Positions 19,531 through 29,687 are shown, counted from the first letter of the stretch. The stretch is DNA of 64,000 bases from Spirochaetia bacterium (GCA_038204425.1 JBBRCZ010000006.1:32001-96000), one strand, 5' to 3'. Notes: generated by a model from the sequence alone, not told the origin. Numbers and translations: made by a program.

Positions 19531-20382
19531 ATGTACCATAGAATTATCGCGAAACTTGACATAAAGGGCCCCAATTTGGTCAAAGGGATCCACCTGGAAG
19601 GTTTGAGAGTTCTCGGAAAGCCGGAAACTTTTGCTAGGTACTATTATGAACAAGGTGCCGACGAACTCATGTACATGGATGTTGTAGCTAGTCTCTACAA
19701 CCGCAATAGCATTCATGAGCTTATTTCCAGAACTGCCAAAGAGGTCTTTATACCTCTGACAGTAGGGGGAGGTCTTCGAAGTATCGATGATATTCGATCG
19801 GTTCTTCGAGCTGGGGCAGACAAGGTTTCACTCAATACGGCCGCGATTAAAGACCCGCAACTTATTCGTCAGGCCGCAAGGTACTTTGGATCCTCAACTA
19901 TTGTGGCAACCATCGAAGCTATCAAGCAGCCGAATGGGCAATACTTTGCGTTTATTGACAATGGACGTGAAGAGACAGGAATAGAAGTTGCGGAATGGGC
20001 ACAGCGTGTAACCGAGTTAGGTGCCGGCGAGATTGTTCTGACCTCGGTTGACCGTGAAGGCACAGGAGAAGGATTCGATATCGAATTGACAAAAAAAATA
20101 AGCGACTTGGTCGGGATCCCAGTCATCGCTTGCGGTGGAGCCGGTAAGCCAGTTCATGTGCGAGATGTGCTTCAAAATGGGCACGCAGATGCAGTAGCAA
20201 TAGCTTCTATGTTTCACTATGATTTTGTTCACCGACAGAATGATCAGGGGCACCATGAGAGCGAGGGCAACAATGAATTTCTTAAGAACAAGCGTCGGTC
20301 CGGCAAGATTGATGCAACTGGTTTGTCTGAGTTGAAAGCCTATCTAAAATCTGAAAAAATACCTTGCAGGACAACAGAATGA
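19531..20382 (+). CDS. HisF-like cyclase paralog of the acetamidino-modification module (WbuZ/HisF2)
   Basis: [24 protein letters not shown]; inside a glycan locus next to hisH2 and an amidotransferase. Confidence 0.88.
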   Translation: MYHRIIAKLDIKGPNLVKGIHLEGLRVLGKPETFARYYYEQGADELMYMDVVASLYNRNSIHELISRTAKEVFIPLTVGGGLRSIDDIRSVLRAGADKVSLNTAAIKDPQLIRQAARYFGSSTIVATIEAIKQPNGQYFAFIDNGREETGIEVAEWAQRVTELGAGEIVLTSVDREGTGEGFDIELTKKISDLVGIPVIACGGAGKPVHVRDVLQNGHADAVAIASMFHYDFVHRQNDQGHHESEGNNEFLKNKRRSGKIDATGLSELKAYLKSEKIPCRTTE

Positions 20383-21035
20383 AGAGCTACAAAATAGCAA
20401 TTGTCGATTATGAGATGTGCAACCTATTTAGTGTTAGTCACGCTTGCGAATTTGCAGGTGTGCAAGCAATAATAACCCGCGATCCCAAAACAATAATGCA
20501 ATCTGACGGAGTTATTCTGCCAGGCGTTGGCGCCTTTGGTGATGCAATGAAAAATCTTAAAAAACATGGCCTTATTCAGGTAGTAAAAGATGTTGTTCAA
20601 TCTGGGAAGCCGTTTATGGGGATCTGCTTGGGATTACAACTATTGTTTAGTGGAAGCGAGGAATTCGGAGACCACGAGGGACTTGGCATCATCCCGGGCA
20701 TCGTAAAAAAGTTCCCGGAATCCGCGAATGGCAAGAGAGTAAAAGTGCCTCAAATTGGATGGAACAGAATAAAAAAACAAAAGGACCACGCTGTGCTTAG
20801 CGATGTACCTGATGGTGCTTTTATGTATTTCGTGCACTCGTTTTACGTTGAACCTGAAGAACGTGAATCGGTATTGACAAGTACTGAATATGAAGGGCTC
20901 GACTATTGTTCGAGCATTCAAAAAAATAATACGATTGCGTTCCAGTTTCACCCAGAAAAAAGTGCCGGAATAGGACTCGGAATCTATACATCATGGAAGA
21001 ACATTATTGAAAAAAACAACGAAGGGAAGCAATAG
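20379..21035 (+). CDS. HisH-like glutamine amidotransferase (WbuY/HisH2)
   Basis: LPGVGAF, GICLG, YFVHS, QFHPEKS; ATG 20379 overlaps the upstream TGA. Confidence 0.9.
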   Translation: MKSYKIAIVDYEMCNLFSVSHACEFAGVQAIITRDPKTIMQSDGVILPGVGAFGDAMKNLKKHGLIQVVKDVVQSGKPFMGICLGLQLLFSGSEEFGDHEGLGIIPGIVKKFPESANGKRVKVPQIGWNRIKKQKDHAVLSDVPDGAFMYFVHSFYVEPEERESVLTSTEYEGLDYCSSIQKNNTIAFQFHPEKSAGIGLGIYTSWKNIIEKNNEGKQ

Positions 21036-21038
21036 AAT

Positions 21039-22262
21039 ATGAAGGATCTTCAAGTTAAATACGGGTTACCAGCAGAGGTTAAGTTTTGTGTACGTTGTGT
21101 GATGTCCAATCAGCGGCCGGCCTCAACGGCTGAGTTTAAGCACAACAAAGACAGTAAAAAGATTACCTTGAATATTGATTCAGAGGGAGTTTGTGACGCA
21201 TGCAGGCATGCCGAAGAGAAACAGCTTATAGATTGGAAGAAGCGAGAAGATGAGTTACTGCGCTTACTCGATAAGCATCGAAAAAATGACGGATCATACG
21301 ATTGTCTTGTTCCAGGTAGTGGAGGAAAAGACTCAGCGTACCAGTCACATGTTTTGAAGTATAAATACGGCATGCACCCGTTAACCGTAACGTGGCCGCC
21401 AATACTGTATACTGACTATGGCTTAAAAAACTTTAGGAATTGGATTGATGTAGGTGGTTTTGACAATCTGTCCTTCAATAGGAATGGTAAAGTAATGAAG
21501 CTTTTGACAAAGCTGTCAATTGAAAATTTGATGCATCCATTTCAGACTTTTATACTCGGCCAGAAGAATTTGGCGCCGAAGTTGGCTTTGAAGTTTAACA
21601 TTCCCTTGATTTTTTACGGCGAAAATGAAGCTGAATATGGAAATCCTTTGGCAGACAACACCTCTTCACTGCGAGACAAGTCGTATTTTGCCATGAACAA
21701 TCTGGATGAAATCTATTTAGGCGGTGTCTCAATCCGTGAGTTGAGGGAGAAATTCTCCGTTGACCTTGTCGATCTCATGTCGTTCCTGCCACCTCCTATT
21801 GAAGAAATAGAGAAAAGCAATATTGAAGTTCATTATTTAGGCTATTATCTTAAGTGGACTCCTCAGGAAGTATATTATTATGCTGTAGAAAATACAGGGT
21901 TTAAAGCTCGTCCATTCAGAACACAAGGTACTTATTCAAAATATAATAGCATAGACGACAAGATTGACGATCTACACTATTACACTACGTTCATTAAGTT
22001 TGGCATTGGAAGAGCGACATACGACGCATCGCAGGAGATCAGGAATGCTCACTTGACTCGTGAAGAAGGCGTGGCACTGGTCCAGAAATTTGACGGGGAG
22101 TTTCCTGATCGATATTTTGATGAAGTTATGGAACACATTGAACTAAAACCTGAACGATTTCATGAGCTTTGTGATCAATTCCGGTCTCCGCACCTCTGGG
22201 AAAAGTCGAATGGAGAGTGGAAGTTGCGACACAACGTTGGAAAAACGGGAACTGCTGATTGA
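21039..22262 (+). CDS. N-acetyl sugar amidotransferase (WbuX/PseA/PtmG family)
   Basis: CVRC...CDAC, PP-loop SGGKDS, YGENEAEYG, KFGIGRA. Confidence 0.9.
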   Translation: MKDLQVKYGLPAEVKFCVRCVMSNQRPASTAEFKHNKDSKKITLNIDSEGVCDACRHAEEKQLIDWKKREDELLRLLDKHRKNDGSYDCLVPGSGGKDSAYQSHVLKYKYGMHPLTVTWPPILYTDYGLKNFRNWIDVGGFDNLSFNRNGKVMKLLTKLSIENLMHPFQTFILGQKNLAPKLALKFNIPLIFYGENEAEYGNPLADNTSSLRDKSYFAMNNLDEIYLGGVSIRELREKFSVDLVDLMSFLPPPIEEIEKSNIEVHYLGYYLKWTPQEVYYYAVENTGFKARPFRTQGTYSKYNSIDDKIDDLHYYTTFIKFGIGRATYDASQEIRNAHLTREEGVALVQKFDGEFPDRYFDEVMEHIELKPERFHELCDQFRSPHLWEKSNGEWKLRHNVGKTGTAD

Positions 22263-22284
22263 TAAACCGCGGGCCTTTAAATAG

Positions 22285-23214
22285 ATGAATATTCTCATCA
22301 TTGGATTTGGATCTATAGGGAGGCGTCATTGGGAGGTCTTGGGCGAGCTCTACCCACAGTCAACCATGTCTGTAGTAAGCCGTCAATCTCTGAACCTTGA
22401 TAATGTTTATCCTGATCTTGCCACGGTTCCAGACATTGCGGCATATGATTATTACGTCATCGCAACAGAAACATCTTTGCACTATGAGCATTTGAAGTAT
22501 TTGTCGGATCGAGTAAGAGGAAAAAAAATACTGGTCGAGAAGCCTCTGTTTGATCAGATTCGCGACTTTAATGAAGGTGAGAATAGAATTTTCGTTGGCT
22601 ACAATCTACGTTTTCATCCATTGATTGCAGCATTGCGGAATGAAATTCAGCATAAAAAAGTTTTGGCAGTTCAAATTGTTGCGGGACAGTATTTGCCATC
22701 ATGGCGTCCTCAAGAAGACTATAGACTGTCTTACAGTGCGTCAAAATCTCGGGGTGGTGGGGTTCTAAGGGACTTGAGTCACGAAATCGATTACGTCCAG
22801 TGGATCTTTGGATCCTTGCTTGTGGAGAATGCCTTTTGCGGAAAAATATCGGATTTGGAGATTTCATCAGATGACTACGCAGTGGTCGTTGGCAGATCTG
22901 AATTGGGCGCAATTGTTACAATAACAGCTGATTACTTGTGCCGTAAACCGCAAAGAACTGTCACAGTTATCGGAAGTGAATCAACTTACTACCTGGATAT
23001 TATTGAAGGCCAACTAGAAATTGTCGCAGAGGCTGGAGTCAGGAAGATGGTAACTCCAGACGGTTTTTCAAGAAACTATACTTATAGGCGAATGCATATG
23101 GAAATTATACAAGGCGATATTGAGAATGCATGTACATTGGACCAAGCAAGGCAGGTCATGTTTGTTATCGCAGAGGTTGAAAGAGCGCATAGAGAAGGGT
23201 GGAGCAATAAATGA
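22285..23214 (+). CDS. Gfo/Idh/MocA oxidoreductase (PtmF/ElaA-like)
   Basis: GFGSIG, VEKP, GYNLRFHP, GGGVLRDLSHEID. Confidence 0.85.
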   Translation: MNILIIGFGSIGRRHWEVLGELYPQSTMSVVSRQSLNLDNVYPDLATVPDIAAYDYYVIATETSLHYEHLKYLSDRVRGKKILVEKPLFDQIRDFNEGENRIFVGYNLRFHPLIAALRNEIQHKKVLAVQIVAGQYLPSWRPQEDYRLSYSASKSRGGGVLRDLSHEIDYVQWIFGSLLVENAFCGKISDLEISSDDYAVVVGRSELGAIVTITADYLCRKPQRTVTVIGSESTYYLDIIEGQLEIVAEAGVRKMVTPDGFSRNYTYRRMHMEIIQGDIENACTLDQARQVMFVIAEVERAHREGWSNK

Positions 23215-23930
23215 GTGATATTCTTTGTACTATTTGCGCACGGGGTGGCTCAAAGGGCGTGAAAAATAAAAATATTCGGATCTTGGCTGGTAAACCGTTG
23301 ATCGCCTACACGATAGAGGCTGCGAAGGCCGCGAACATTTTTGATCACATTGTTGTAAGTACCGATTCAGACTTAATTTCTGAAGTGGCCCAAGAGTACG
23401 GCGCGGAGATTTTTTTTAGAAGACCTCAGGAACTTGCTAGTGATCAATCAGCGAAGGTGCCTGTTGTTCGACATGCGTTGATTCAAAGTGAGCTGCATTA
23501 TGATCGCCAGTTTTCCTATTTGGTGGACTTGGACGCAACCTCTCCATTGCGGTCGGTTGACGATATTAGAGCGGCCATGCATGTTTTTAAGGAAACTGGA
23601 GTCGATAATCTCATTACCGGCATGCCTTCTAGACGTTCCCCTTATTTTAATATGGTTGAACTAAATCACAACGGAAACGTGATTCTTTCTAAGCAAGTGG
23701 ACAGGCCAATCGTGCGGCGACAGGATGCACCTCGTTGTTATGATATGAACGCTTCAATCTATATATGGAAGCGTGAGGTGCTCTTAGCCAAAGATGGCGT
23801 CATCCTAAACAATACAGGCTTCTATGAAATGCCAGAAGAACGTTCTATCGACATAGATAGTGAATTGGATTTCGAGTTTGTAGAGTTTCTCATGGATAGG
23901 AAACTGAAGAAAAATGTTATTACAGAATAA
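23211..23930 (+). CDS. Acylneuraminate cytidylyltransferase (PtmB/LegF/ElaB-like)
   Basis: ICARGGSKGVKNKN, VSTDS, TSPLR, RRQD, IDIDSELD. Confidence 0.92.
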   Translation: MSDILCTICARGGSKGVKNKNIRILAGKPLIAYTIEAAKAANIFDHIVVSTDSDLISEVAQEYGAEIFFRRPQELASDQSAKVPVVRHALIQSELHYDRQFSYLVDLDATSPLRSVDDIRAAMHVFKETGVDNLITGMPSRRSPYFNMVELNHNGNVILSKQVDRPIVRRQDAPRCYDMNASIYIWKREVLLAKDGVILNNTGFYEMPEERSIDIDSELDFEFVEFLMDRKLKKNVITE

Positions 23931-24687
23931 GCTTGTAGTTGTATCGGGAGGGGCAGGTTTACTAGGCCAGAAAATCTGTCGTGGTATTGTTGAGCAAGGT
24001 GGGCGAGTAGTCATTGCCGATTTGGACGGTAGAAGAGCAGAAGTCCTAGTGGATGAACTGGCTAAGCAGGGCTTTGAGAAAAGCGTACACGTCGAGACGG
24101 TGGACATTAGCGATGAAAGCTCCATTAAGAGTTTAATTGATTTAGTGAGTGAAAAGTATGGGAGAATCGACTCGTTTGTAAATGCTGCTTATCCAAGAAA
24201 TAGTCTCTATGGTAAAAAGCTTGAAGAAGTAAGTTACGATAGCTTCTGCGAAAATGTTTCGATGCACTTAGGTGGATATTTTTTGGCTATGAAAGTGTTT
24301 GGCCTGTATTTTCAAGAACTTGGCGTAGGAAACGTAATTAATATTTCCTCAGTTTATGGCTTCGTTGCACCACGATTTGAAATTTATCAAGATACAGCAA
24401 TGACGATGCCAGTCGAATATGCTGCTATAAAGGCTGGTGTTATTCAGTTGACTCGATATATGGTTAAGTATTTCAAGGGTAAGCACATTAGATTCAATTG
24501 CATTTCACCGGGGGGTCTTATTGACAAGCAGCCTGAGGCTTTTTTGGAAAAATACAACGCTTTTGCCCAAAGCAAAGGAATGCTAGATCCAAAAGACATA
24601 CTAGGCTCAGTTTTTTTTCTTCTCTCCGATCTATCAGAATGGATTACAGGGCAGAATATCATAGTTGATGACGGGTGGAGCCTGTAA
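23914..24687 (+). CDS. SDR oxidoreductase (PtmA/ElaC-like)
   Basis: GGAGLLG, NAAYPRN, MPVEYAAIK, ITGQNIIVDDG. Confidence 0.88.
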   Translation: MLLQNKLVVVSGGAGLLGQKICRGIVEQGGRVVIADLDGRRAEVLVDELAKQGFEKSVHVETVDISDESSIKSLIDLVSEKYGRIDSFVNAAYPRNSLYGKKLEEVSYDSFCENVSMHLGGYFLAMKVFGLYFQELGVGNVINISSVYGFVAPRFEIYQDTAMTMPVEYAAIKAGVIQLTRYMVKYFKGKHIRFNCISPGGLIDKQPEAFLEKYNAFAQSKGMLDPKDILGSVFFLLSDLSEWITGQNIIVDDGWSL

Positions 24688-25391
24688 TGTTTGCGGTGGC
24701 AAAATCACTTAGATCTAGGCTTGGATCGTTTGTAAAATGGGTGAACAAACAATTTCTGCGATTTAGAAGCGATCTAATAATCGAAAAGAGATGTATAATT
24801 GATCTAAAAACCAGATTTGAGGGTGGCAATCGCATTGGGGCAGAATCACGTATTTACAAGTCGTATTTTGGTTTTGGAACCTACGTTGGCGCCCGAGCTT
24901 CAATCAATTCCTCAAAAATAGGGAGGTTTTGTTCGATTGGAAATGAACTTAGAATTGTAGCCGGAAAACATCCTTTGGCCACATTCGTTTCTACTCATCC
25001 GGCTTTCTACTCGCTGCAAAAGCAAGCAGGATTCACATATGCAAACGAACAAAAATTTTCCGAGTATGAATTTGCGGACATTGAAGAAAAGTATTGGGTT
25101 GATATTGGCTCTGATGTTTGGATCGGAGACAACGTTCTTATTTTGGCAGGCTGCAGTATAGGTGTTGGAGCAGTTGTCGCAACAGGTGCAGTTGTGACAA
25201 AAAACGTTGAACCATATTCAATAGTGGGTGGGATCCCTGCAAGAGCAATAAAAAGTCGCTTTGATGCTGCGACTGTTGAGTCACTACTAAAAACACAGTG
25301 GTGGAACAAGCCAATCGAATGGATAAAGAAGAAATCAGAAAAAATGGCAAATGTAGAAACCTTTATTAAAGATTTTGAATTGGAATCATAG
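24687..25391 (+). CDS. CatB/Vat-related hexapeptide O-acetyltransferase
   Basis: IGRFCSIG, IGSDVWIG, GAVVTKNVEPYSIVGGIPA, WW; ATG overlaps the upstream TAA. Confidence 0.85.
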   Translation: MFAVAKSLRSRLGSFVKWVNKQFLRFRSDLIIEKRCIIDLKTRFEGGNRIGAESRIYKSYFGFGTYVGARASINSSKIGRFCSIGNELRIVAGKHPLATFVSTHPAFYSLQKQAGFTYANEQKFSEYEFADIEEKYWVDIGSDVWIGDNVLILAGCSIGVGAVVATGAVVTKNVEPYSIVGGIPARAIKSRFDAATVESLLKTQWWNKPIEWIKKKSEKMANVETFIKDFELES

Positions 25392-25416
25392 TGCTGATCG
25401 GCTATAGGAGATAATA

Positions 25417-26751
25417 ATGGTTGATTTTCTTTTCTCATATCAACATAAAGCCAGAGAAATAGAGGCCCTTTGTTTGATCAAGGTGGAGTTAGAGAGAAGG
25501 GGGTATATCGTTGAATTTGTTTGCACTTTTGACCCAAAAAGAATTGGTTTTGCAAGGAGAGCCAAGCCTGTAGTTACCGTAGCTTCCGCGCTCTATGACG
25601 ATGACTCTCTTTCTTTTTTTGTCTACGATATCGCTGGATTTTGCAATAAAGTTGTCAATTTGCAATGGGAACAAGTGCTTTCAATTGACGAAGAACAGGA
25701 TGTTCACGGATATCACAATCCAAAAGGAAGCGCAAAAGATGCTCTTCACCTGTGTTGGGGTAGGGCTAGTCAAGAGCGCCTAATTAAAAATGGGGTTCCC
25801 GAAAGAAATGCTTTAGTTACGGGCCCCGTGCAAATGGATTTTTTAAATGAAAAAATGCGTGGCTACTTCTACAATAAAGAAGAACTTGCCCACAAATTTC
25901 AGCTAAATCCCCAATGCAAATGGATGATATTTGTATCGAGTTTTACCTTGACAAATATGACACAAGAAGAGTTTGCGGATATTGTTGCAAGCGTGGGGAA
26001 TGAAGCAATTGTCATGAAAAAGGTGGCAATTGATTCCAAAAGAACTATATTGGGCTGGTTCAGGAGTGTGATTCTTGACTTTCCAGAAATGGAGTTTATT
26101 TACAGGCCTCATCCAGATGAGAATGGCGACGTTGAACTTCTCGAATTGGCACAAAACAATGCGAATTTTCATATAATTCCAGACTACTCAGTAAAACAGT
26201 GGGTTATTGCCTGTGACCGGATCTTTACATGGTACAGTACGGCAATTGCTGATGTCTATTTTGCTGGTAAAACGTGTGAGATTTTGAGGCCAATTGAAAT
26301 ACCTTACAAATATGACATGTCAATTTATCAGGGTGGTCGATTTATAGCAAACTATGAGAGTTTTTCTGCGGTTCTTTCACAAGGGTCTACGGATTTTCCC
26401 CTTAAAGAGGATCTTGTAAAACACTATTTCGATGCCTATAGTGATACTTTTTCTTTTTCCAAAGTGTGCGATGTTTTGGAGAAAGTGTATAGTTCTTTGG
26501 ACTATCAGATGAAGATTCCTATCAAACTAAAACTAAGAAACCTACTCTATAGAAACTATAACCGTTTAATCGGATTGCTATCTATCTTGCCGTATAAAAA
26601 GTTGTTTTTCTTTAGCAAGGATATTATGCGGAGAATCGCCCATTTTAAGGGTACTTTAGAGCGAGTCAAAAAAGATAGCCAAAAAAATATCGCTAGTAGT
26701 GAGGAAATTGAAACTATCATAAAAAAATTGAAAAACTGTTTTGGTAGGTAA
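25417..26751 (+). CDS. Surface carbohydrate biosynthesis protein (GT-B-like; candidate nonulosonate transferase)
   Basis: HKAREIE, LCWG, TGP, YRPHPDE, ST motifs; follows the CMP-nonulosonate genes. Confidence 0.55.
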   Translation: MVDFLFSYQHKAREIEALCLIKVELERRGYIVEFVCTFDPKRIGFARRAKPVVTVASALYDDDSLSFFVYDIAGFCNKVVNLQWEQVLSIDEEQDVHGYHNPKGSAKDALHLCWGRASQERLIKNGVPERNALVTGPVQMDFLNEKMRGYFYNKEELAHKFQLNPQCKWMIFVSSFTLTNMTQEEFADIVASVGNEAIVMKKVAIDSKRTILGWFRSVILDFPEMEFIYRPHPDENGDVELLELAQNNANFHIIPDYSVKQWVIACDRIFTWYSTAIADVYFAGKTCEILRPIEIPYKYDMSIYQGGRFIANYESFSAVLSQGSTDFPLKEDLVKHYFDAYSDTFSFSKVCDVLEKVYSSLDYQMKIPIKLKLRNLLYRNYNRLIGLLSILPYKKLFFFSKDIMRRIAHFKGTLERVKKDSQKNIASSEEIETIIKKLKNCFGR

Positions 26752-26752
26752 A

Positions 26753-26990
26753 ATGGTCAAAATTGTGATTGTGTCGAGACATAATGTCTAGAATAACCGA
26801 GACACGGAATAGACCTAATAGTTGACCAGACTATAAATGACTATGAAATCGCTCTGAATGATATTTGTTTTCGCAATCCATTTGCCCCTGGTCCGTTAGC
26901 GCAAAGTCTTAGCATTTGCAGTTAGTCCAAATAGGGACGCGACATAAAAGTCAAAAGTAAATGGGTTGCCGTAAAATCTTCTGCATTCTA
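26753..26990 (+). pseudogene. Decayed GT2 glycosyltransferase N-terminus
   Basis: MVKIVIVSRHNV*N (TAG at 26789) then, in a shifted frame from 26809, IDLIVDQTINDYEIALND; resembles the GT2 consensus M.KISVIVPVYNVE...IDSI..QT..DYEII.VND. Confidence 0.6.
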
Positions 26991-27020
26991 CAAAATAAGT
27001 ACCGTAAAAATGAGTAAACA

Positions 27021-28541
27021 TTGAGAATCAAAAATTCCATGAAGAACATCAGCTTTTCTCTTTTCTCCTACTTCTTTATTTTTATTTCAAAGTATATTGC
27101 AAGGTATTTCTTTATCTACGTATTTGGGAATGAGCTCCTCGGCGTGAATGTTTTGTTCTCAAATATAGTTTCTATGCTTTCGTTGGCTGAGTTGGGCTTT
27201 GGCGTTGCTGTTACAACGCTGTTGTATAAACCTCTTCAAGAAAAAAACATCGAATACATAAAGTCTATAATAAAATTTACCAAAAAGATTTTCTATTTCG
27301 TAGCTGGATTTATGCTTCTTGCTGGAATTTTTGCATCATTTTTCATTGATTCAATAATTAAGGATTCTCCATTTGATCCAGTTGAAATTAGATGGTTCTT
27401 TTTGCTTTTCTTGGCCAGCTCAGTGGTTTCATACTTCAATTCAGATAAACTTATACTTTTGATTGCCGATCAAAAGCAGTATTTTGAAAAGATTGTTACG
27501 ACTATCGCTTCGCTAACGCTTGTGGTTGTCCAGATAGTGGTTTCAATTATCACTCGAAATTTCTATTTTTTCTTGTTGGTTCAGATATTCATCACGATCG
27601 CGCAGAACATTTTTCTTTCAAGAAGAATTGTGAGGCTCTACCCCTATCTTAAGGATCGTAGCGTGCTTCCAATTTCCCACCAAGATCTAAAAGAGCTTCG
27701 AAAAAACATGCTTGCGATGTTGAGCCACAAACTGGGTGGTGTTGGGGTTCTCTATACTACGAATATCATAATTAGTATGTTTATTGGCATATCAGAAGTA
27801 GGTTTGTTTTCAAATTACAGCCTAATATTTTGGGCTATATTGGCGCTATGTTCTCAAATATTCGATGGGTTTACTGCCAGTATTGGTAATATCTGGGTTA
27901 CTGAGTCAGTCGGTACAGTCTATTTACATTTCAAAAGAATAATGTTGCTTAACTATTGGATCTATACTACGGCTACAGTTTGTCTAATAGTTCTTATTCA
28001 ACCACTTATTGCGCTATGGTTAGGCGCAGAATACAAAATAGATCTCCCTATTGTGGTAATACTAATCATCAACTTTTATTTCACCGGGACTCGAAGTGTT
28101 GTCAATAGTTTTAAAAATACCAAAGGATTGTTTTGGAATGATAGATTTAAGCCAATTGCCGAAATACTCGTCAATCTAATCGTTTCTCTGGTCCTTGTTA
28201 ATTTTTTTGGACTAATTGGTATATTTTTGGGTACTACCGCGAGCATGTTGTTCGTTGTTTTGTGGGTTGAACCGCACATTCTGTTCAAATATGGTTTAAA
28301 GATGCCCAGTAGACTGTTTTTCGTTCAGTACTTTTTGATGTTTTTTCTAACTGGGCTTCTGTCGACGGTCTTGTTTTTTGGCACAATACTTTTGCAAAAT
28401 GATGCAATCGGTCTGCTGGTCAAGTTGGTGTTGTGCATAGTTGTGCCAAATGCAGTTTTATATTTAATATATAGAAGAAACGAGGCGTATCTTTATCTAA
28501 AGAAGGTCGGTTTATCACTATTGACTCGAACCAGAAATTAG
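27021..28541 (+). CDS. wzx: Oligosaccharide flippase (Wzx/MOP family)
   Basis: About 12-14 TM; LSLAELGFG..LYKPL, ADQKQY, ASIGN, NLIVSLVL. Confidence 0.8.
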   Translation: MRIKNSMKNISFSLFSYFFIFISKYIARYFFIYVFGNELLGVNVLFSNIVSMLSLAELGFGVAVTTLLYKPLQEKNIEYIKSIIKFTKKIFYFVAGFMLLAGIFASFFIDSIIKDSPFDPVEIRWFFLLFLASSVVSYFNSDKLILLIADQKQYFEKIVTTIASLTLVVVQIVVSIITRNFYFFLLVQIFITIAQNIFLSRRIVRLYPYLKDRSVLPISHQDLKELRKNMLAMLSHKLGGVGVLYTTNIIISMFIGISEVGLFSNYSLIFWAILALCSQIFDGFTASIGNIWVTESVGTVYLHFKRIMLLNYWIYTTATVCLIVLIQPLIALWLGAEYKIDLPIVVILIINFYFTGTRSVVNSFKNTKGLFWNDRFKPIAEILVNLIVSLVLVNFFGLIGIFLGTTASMLFVVLWVEPHILFKYGLKMPSRLFFVQYFLMFFLTGLLSTVLFFGTILLQNDAIGLLVKLVLCIVVPNAVLYLIYRRNEAYLYLKKVGLSLLTRTRN

Positions 28542-28733
28542 ATAAGTGGTTAATAGTTGGTTTGTTGCGATTGGGCCTTAGTTTCTGGTGTACAAAATAC
28601 TAAACAACCGCGACCACGTTTTGAATTGCATTGGGAATCTTTATTGTCTCAATTGCTTGTCGTTCTATACTGTAAAAAATGGCGGTCACTACTAAGCTGC
28701 GTTTTTTTAGGATCGTCTAATAGGGAGGAAAAA

Positions 28734-29687
28734 ATGAAGTCAGACAGCAAAGCAGAAATATTGGTATCAATTGTCATTCCCGTTTATAAAGGCTCTAACT
28801 TTGTAGCCCAAGCAATTGAATCTGCCTTGGCGCAAACCTATACTAATATCGAAATAATTGTTGTGAACGATGGCTCGCCTGATGGCGGAAGAACGAAGAA
28901 AGCTTGCGAGCCGTACATGGATAAGATCCAATACATTGAAAAAGAAAATGGCGGAGTTTCAACCGCGTTGAATCTGGCCATAAAGACAATGAAAGGGCAG
29001 TACTTTTCATGGCTAAGTCACGATGACTTATATTTGCCAACAAAGATTGAGCGTAATTTGCAAGCAATTGAAGCGTGTTCCAGTGAGATAGTTGTACCCT
29101 ATTCGGATTACGAATACATTAATTCCAATTCTAGTATAGTTAAAAAAACGTATGTGAAGTCAAACGAATGTGCCATGGTTAGTGTTTTGATGGGCAATAT
29201 CAATGGGCTTTCGCTTTTGATTCATAGATCTTGCTTCGAAAAAGTGGGCCTTTTCGATGAAAAAGAAACAACTATTCAGGACTACAAACTTTATTTTGAA
29301 CTTGCCAAGCACTATCGTTTTGTACACACGCAGGAAATTCTTGTAGCTAGCCGCATTCATGGCGCTCAACAGGGTAAAGAAAAGTATGGCGAGCATATTC
29401 AAAGGTCGGATAGATTCTTTGTTTCTTGCCTGCAGGAACTTGAAGCGAATTTTTTGCAAACATTACCAACTAGAAAGTCCAAAATTTTTTTTGATATCGC
29501 TTACCGGCATCGACGCAATGGCTACAAGCAAACGGAGAAAACTGCCCTGAAAATGGCCTTTCGATATCGAAATTCGCGTTTTGATTATGGCATCAACGCA
29601 TTGGCTTACAGAGTAAAAACGCTTGCCGTGTTTTATCCATGGCTGGTTCTAAAGTTCTTGTATGGAAAAATTAGGAAACTGTCGTAA
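28734..29687 (+). CDS. Glycosyltransferase family 2
   Basis: VSIVIPVY, VVNDGSPD, ENGGVSTALN, WLSHDD, QDY; start at ATG 28734 after GGAGG. Confidence 0.92.
   Translation: MKSDSKAEILVSIVIPVYKGSNFVAQAIESALAQTYTNIEIIVVNDGSPDGGRTKKACEPYMDKIQYIEKENGGVSTALNLAIKTMKGQYFSWLSHDDLYLPTKIERNLQAIEACSSEIVVPYSDYEYINSNSSIVKKTYVKSNECAMVSVLMGNINGLSLLIHRSCFEKVGLFDEKETTIQDYKLYFELAKHYRFVHTQEILVASRIHGAQQGKEKYGEHIQRSDRFFVSCLQELEANFLQTLPTRKSKIFFDIAYRHRRNGYKQTEKTALKMAFRYRNSRFDYGINALAYRVKTLAVFYPWLVLKFLYGKIRKLS

Noticed and set aside
19531..21035. hisF/hisH as histidine biosynthesis genes
   Set aside because: No other his genes; adjacent to a sugar amidotransferase inside a glycan operon
24687..25391. Antibiotic-resistance acetyltransferase (cat/vat)
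   Set aside because: Translationally coupled inside the glycan operon; sugar O-acetylation is the simpler reading
28557..28733. N-terminal extensions given by the ORF track (also 37661, 45734, 62695, 63754)
   Set aside because: Downstream starts have an RBS or leaderless signal and match where the family homology begins
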